From Scyliorhinus canicula (lineage: Eukaryota): a DNA stretch of 64,000 nt. Shown here one piece after another: positions 60,030 to 64,000 of this stretch (position 1 is the first letter of the stretch; the number at the start of each line of letters is the position of its first letter). The stretch covers positions 310,001-374,000 of the forward strand of contig NC_052175.1 in assembly GCF_902713615.1 (NCBI RefSeq), in the 5' to 3' direction. The notes under the pieces are model-generated. The model had not been told where the DNA came from. It made no database searches and saw only the letters and a list, made by a program, of their open reading frames with translations. The position numbers and the translations under genes are program-made.

Positions 60030-61138
60030 GCGTGTGAGAGGTGGATAGTGTGTGTGAGGAGGAGGGAGTGTAAACGGCGGGGGAGTGTGAGAAAGGGAGA
60101 GATTGTAAGAGAGTGAGTGAGTGTGAGAGGGGGGATGAGGGTGATTGAAGGAGAAAGTGTGAGAATGGAAGAAAGGAAGGCAGAGGCAGAGAATGAGGTA
60201 GGAAGGTCGTGTAAGAAAGGAAAGGATTGTGAGAAAGGGAGAGGTTGTGAGAAAGGAGGGGAATGTGAGAGAGGATGAGAGCGGGTGTGTGAGAAGAAGG
60301 GACTATGAGAGAAATTATTGCGAAGGTGGAGAGAGTGTGAGGGTTGGGGTGTGTGGGAGGTGGAGTTAGTGTGAATGCTGGAGACTGTGAGAGAAAGGGT
60401 GAGAAGTGGACGAAAGGGAGAGGCGGACAGTTTGAGAGAGGGACTAAGAGAGCTGGAAAGAGGGAGAGACTGCGAGAGGTGGAGAGAGTGTGCGAGACAA
60501 TGTTTTGAGAGAGCGGGTGATTGTCAGAGGGAGTGATAATGAGAGAGGAAGTGTGTTGAAGGAGAACGTGTGAGCGAGAAACAAAGAGGAAGGGGACGTG
60601 AGAGAGGGAAGTAGTATGAGAGGGTGAGGGAGCGTGAGAGGGAGGGAGTGTGAGAGTGGGAATAAGTGTGGGAGAATGTGGGTGTGAGAGTAAGAGAATG
60701 TGAGAGTGGGAGGGAGTGTAAGAGAGGAATAGAGTAGTAGAGATGGCGGGAGTGTGAGGGAGGGTGAGTATGAGTGAGGGATAAGTGTGGGAAAGGGAGG
60801 GATTGTGAGAAAGGGAGTGAATGAGAGGAAAGGTGTGAGAGAGGAAAGGAGCATCAGAGGTGGAGAGAGTGTAAGCGAGGGCGAGAATGTGCAAGAGGGT
60901 GGGTGTGAAAAACGGAGGGATTCTGGGAGAGGGAGTGTGTGAGAGAATACGAGAGAGTGAATGTGAAATAGGTGACGTTTGGAAGTGAGAATGTATGAGA
61001 AAACGTGTGTGAGGGAGTGTGTAATTGTTTGTGGCAGTGTGTATGACTGATAGAATGTGTGAGAGAATATGTGCCTGAGAGTGTGTATCAGTAAGTATGT
61101 ATGAGACAGTAAACATCTGAGTGTGTGTGAGAGAGTGA
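60030..61138 (+). repeat. GA/GT-rich polypurine low-complexity tract
   Basis: About 1.1 kb of gagagtgtgaga-type sequence; accounts for the stop-free minus-strand ORFs 59968..61167 and 60444..61295. Confidence 0.9.
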
Positions 61139-61492
61139 GGGCAGCAGGGTAGCATGGTGGTGGGCATAAATGCTTCACAGCTCCAGGGTCCCAGGTTCGA
61201 TTCCCGGCTAGGTCACTGTCTGTGTGGAGTCTGCACGTCCTCTCCCTGTGTGCGTGGGTTTCCTCCGGGTGCTCCGGTTTCCTCTCACAGTCCAAAGATG
61301 TGCGGGTTAGGTGGATTGGCCATGCTAAAATTGTCCGTAGTGTCCTAATAAAAAAAAAGTAAGGTTGGGGGGGGGGGGGGTTGTTTGCTTACGGGTATAG
61401 GGTGGATACGTGGGTTTGAGTAGGGTGATCATGGCTCGGCACAACATTGAGGGCCGAAGGGCCTGTTCTGTGCTGTATTGTTCTATGTTCTA
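61139..61492 (+). mobile_element. HE1-type SINE
   Basis: gggcagcagggtagcatggtgg...gagggccgaagggcctgttctgtgctgtattgttctatgttcta. Confidence 0.92.
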
Positions 61493-61759
61493 GAGTGTGT
61501 GAGAGACAGTGTGTGTGAGGGTGTAAGTGAGAGAGTGTGTGTGCGGGGCGTTAATGAGAGTGTGTGAAAGTGTGAATGATAGAGAGTGTGTAAGAGATTG
61601 TGTGTCTGGGAACGCGGGAGAGTGTGTGTGTGAGAATGCGTACGAGAGGGTGCGAGACATTGTGTGTGATGGAGTGCAGGTGAGAGCGTCTGTATGAGTG
61701 GTGTGTTTGAGAGAGTGTGTAAGCGATTCTGTGTGTGAGGGAGTGTTAGACGTAATCGA

Positions 61760-61991
61760 TGCTATAGTATGAGGGAGTCGAAAGTCCAGCTCCTTTTCAC
61801 AGAAACCTTTATTTCACTTTGACCAACTCTGCACTAAACTCAATCATCGCATCATCAGATCCAGAAACCACCTTCAGCCCCTTTACGTATAAGTGTCAAT
61901 CATTGAACACTTAACATAAACGAGACAATCATTGAACACTGAACATAAATGAGACAACTAATTGCAGTGTCTCTTAACCCATTACTTAACA
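61760..61991 (-). mobile_element. 3' LTR (232 bp) of a Ty1/copia element
   Basis: Minus strand begins TGTTAAG and ends TATAGCA; immediately preceded by the purine tract aaggaaggggtgac. Confidence 0.75.
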
Positions 61992-64000
61992 GTCACCCCT
62001 TCCTTGGAGAAAAAAACAATTAGGTGAAAACAAAATTTCAAGAAACTAAAATTTGAAGAAACTAAAACACACACGTGATTCCCCCCTTTTTTATTTATTT
62101 TTTGAGTAGAAGAAAAAGAACATTCACAGAAACAGGCGCCCGTCATTCACAATATCCAAAAGTTTCTATGAACTAGCCCCTCTTTTCGTAAAACAGTCTG
62201 ATAGTTGATAGCTACTGTCAACCCATTTAATTTTTGTTATTTCGCCTCTGTCCAACATCTGCTTCAAACTTGCGATGTCTATCCGTAACCTCTTTTCCTT
62301 GACACTTTTTGTAGAGTGCACATTTTCCCACAGGGATTAATTGTCAATGTGACTGTCAATAGGTATATTACCTAAATCCCCTAATCCCAAAATTTCTGTC
62401 AATATCTGATTTATATAAAAAAGCCATATCCACCGCTTCCATTAAGCTTAACGTCTCAGCAGCCAAAGTGCTTTTGACCACTCTCTTTATTTTCTTTGCT
62501 TCCCACACAAGAGGGCAACATTTACCATTGTTCCCCAAAAGTAAAATTATAAAACCACCTGCGCTTGAAACTGCAACACATAAATTTGCATAGGACGCAT
62601 CACTATAAACTATGAGTTTCAAATGCCTAAGATCACTTAAACCCGGGAACTTCAAAACACACTCCTGCATTTTTAGTTTGACCAACACTTTATTTGCTCT
62701 TATTATGTCTTCCATTTTGGGATCATTCATTTTTGTACTCAACTCTAAGACATCAAAACTCACGTCCGGTCTAATCTGTCTAACTAACCAGTTCAGTTGC
62801 CCAATTAAATATCGCAGTTGCTCTTTTTCTATCTTCGAAACCATTGCGACTTTTTGTGAAACCCGACCACGACTTATTGGTATTGGGCTGATGCTTTCCA
62901 AATAAGATTGCTGACGTAAAGTTACCCCTAACTTAGTCTGTCCGATTTCCAGTCCAATATATGTAAATGCACCGGAAGCCTGACTTCCAATCCTGAATTC
63001 TTTTCTCAAACCAGAGATTACAATAGCTTCAAAATCAATGGTCTCACCCCACAAAAAAATCATCTACATGCATCACAAAGATGTCAGCAAGTTTTCCTTC
63101 ATAGTGCCAGGAAAACATTGGAGGATCTCCTTTCAACTGGCAGCAGCCTAACTTTAACAAGACTGACCTTACGGAAAGGTACCACACTCTAGATGCATCA
63201 TTTGATCCATATACACATTTGTTCAACTCCATATACACATTTTTTCAACTTCCAGAGTACCCCTTCTATGTTAGCTGCTTCTTTAGGAGGACGGAGAAAA
63301 ATGTCTCTCTGGAGCTGATGTCCCTGCAAAAAGGCAGCTTTTATTTCTATAGATTTGCATTCCCATGCCTTTGTGGCTAATAGAGCCAAGAAGAGCTTTA
63401 AAATAATATTTCCTGCTGTAGGTGCATCTGCCCTTAAGACCTGAAAGTCTAAGCTTTCTTCAAATCCCCTTGCCACAAGCCTAGCCTTTGCCTTATAAGT
63501 TCCACCTGGAAGAACCATTTCTGTACAAATCCATCTGTGGGATAGAGCTTTTTGTCCCCAATCCGGTACTACCGTCTTTACCCCAAATTCACTCCAACTA
63601 TTCAATTATTGCTGTTTAGCATCTTTGATAACTTTTTAATCTAATTTATTTGAAGCCACCAAAATCTCACGTGCATGTGGTCTTCTAGTTCTATTAGTAT
63701 TCGTAGTCTTACTCCTGTTCCGAGATCTTGATAGACTACGTCCCCTCTCCTGCCTGGTATCTCGTTCTGTACTGCTACTGCTTGATCTTTCTCTTCTGTA
63801 GCGAGATGTCCTTTCAATAGTTCTCGATCTTTTTCAGCGAATCTGTTCACTATCCGATGTACTATCTGAACTGGCACTGCGTTTCTGTGCCCTCCATTTT
63901 TGATCTTCGTTTTCACAATCCATTGTCTTAACTTCCTCCTCTGAATGCTGTACATTCAACCAATGTTTATACTTTCCAGTGACCTTCCCTGCTCTACTAA
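61992..64000 (-). mobile_element. Ty1/copia LTR retrotransposon, internal region (RT and RNase H), disrupted
   Basis: KARLVARGFEE, AAFLQG, WKLKKCVYG..DASRVWY, HVDDF, YSDASYANL, KRVVKSTLAAE. Confidence 0.93.

Noticed and set aside
59968-61295. 399-aa and 283-aa minus-strand ORFs
   Set aside because: Products of a low-complexity CT/CA strand that lacks stop codons; S/H/L/T/P-only translation starting in a SINE.

Overview
Repeat-dense vertebrate genomic DNA. The CR1 LINEs, HE1-type SINEs and GPR139-like GPCR family point to a cartilaginous fish, probably a catshark-like shark (inference). Most of the window is nested retroelements: several CR1 subfamilies, a second LINE lineage, tRNA-derived SINEs, Penelope-like elements and a Ty1/copia element at the right end. 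There is one 134-nt N gap. Three host loci are embedded. (1) An apparently intact 8-exon + strand gene (27303/27327-34088) encodes a non-rearranging leader-V-C1-TM Ig-superfamily receptor whose spliced cytoplasmic tail ends in a YASL tyrosine motif. (2) A + strand GPR139-like pseudogene is split by a 7.5-kb nested CR1 insertion (2781-11205). (3) A - strand two-exon GPR139-like gene has a single premature stop (59802-50529). Other notable signals: a U_UUA_AAC slippery heptamer in the correct frame at the ORF1/ORF2 junction of several CR1 copies whose ORF2 lacks an early AUG (candidate programmed -1 frameshift); minimal hammerhead ribozyme motifs in Penelope ends and Penelope-derived hairpins, one in sense orientation in the receptor's last intron; a SINE captured in a CR1 3' UTR that also occurs as a free-standing SINE-plus-LINE-tail copy; and a 1.5-kb degenerate ~39-bp tandem array carrying CCAAT, GC-box and TGANTGACAG motifs. 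All coordinates and alignments were read by eye; boundaries of decayed repeats are approximate.
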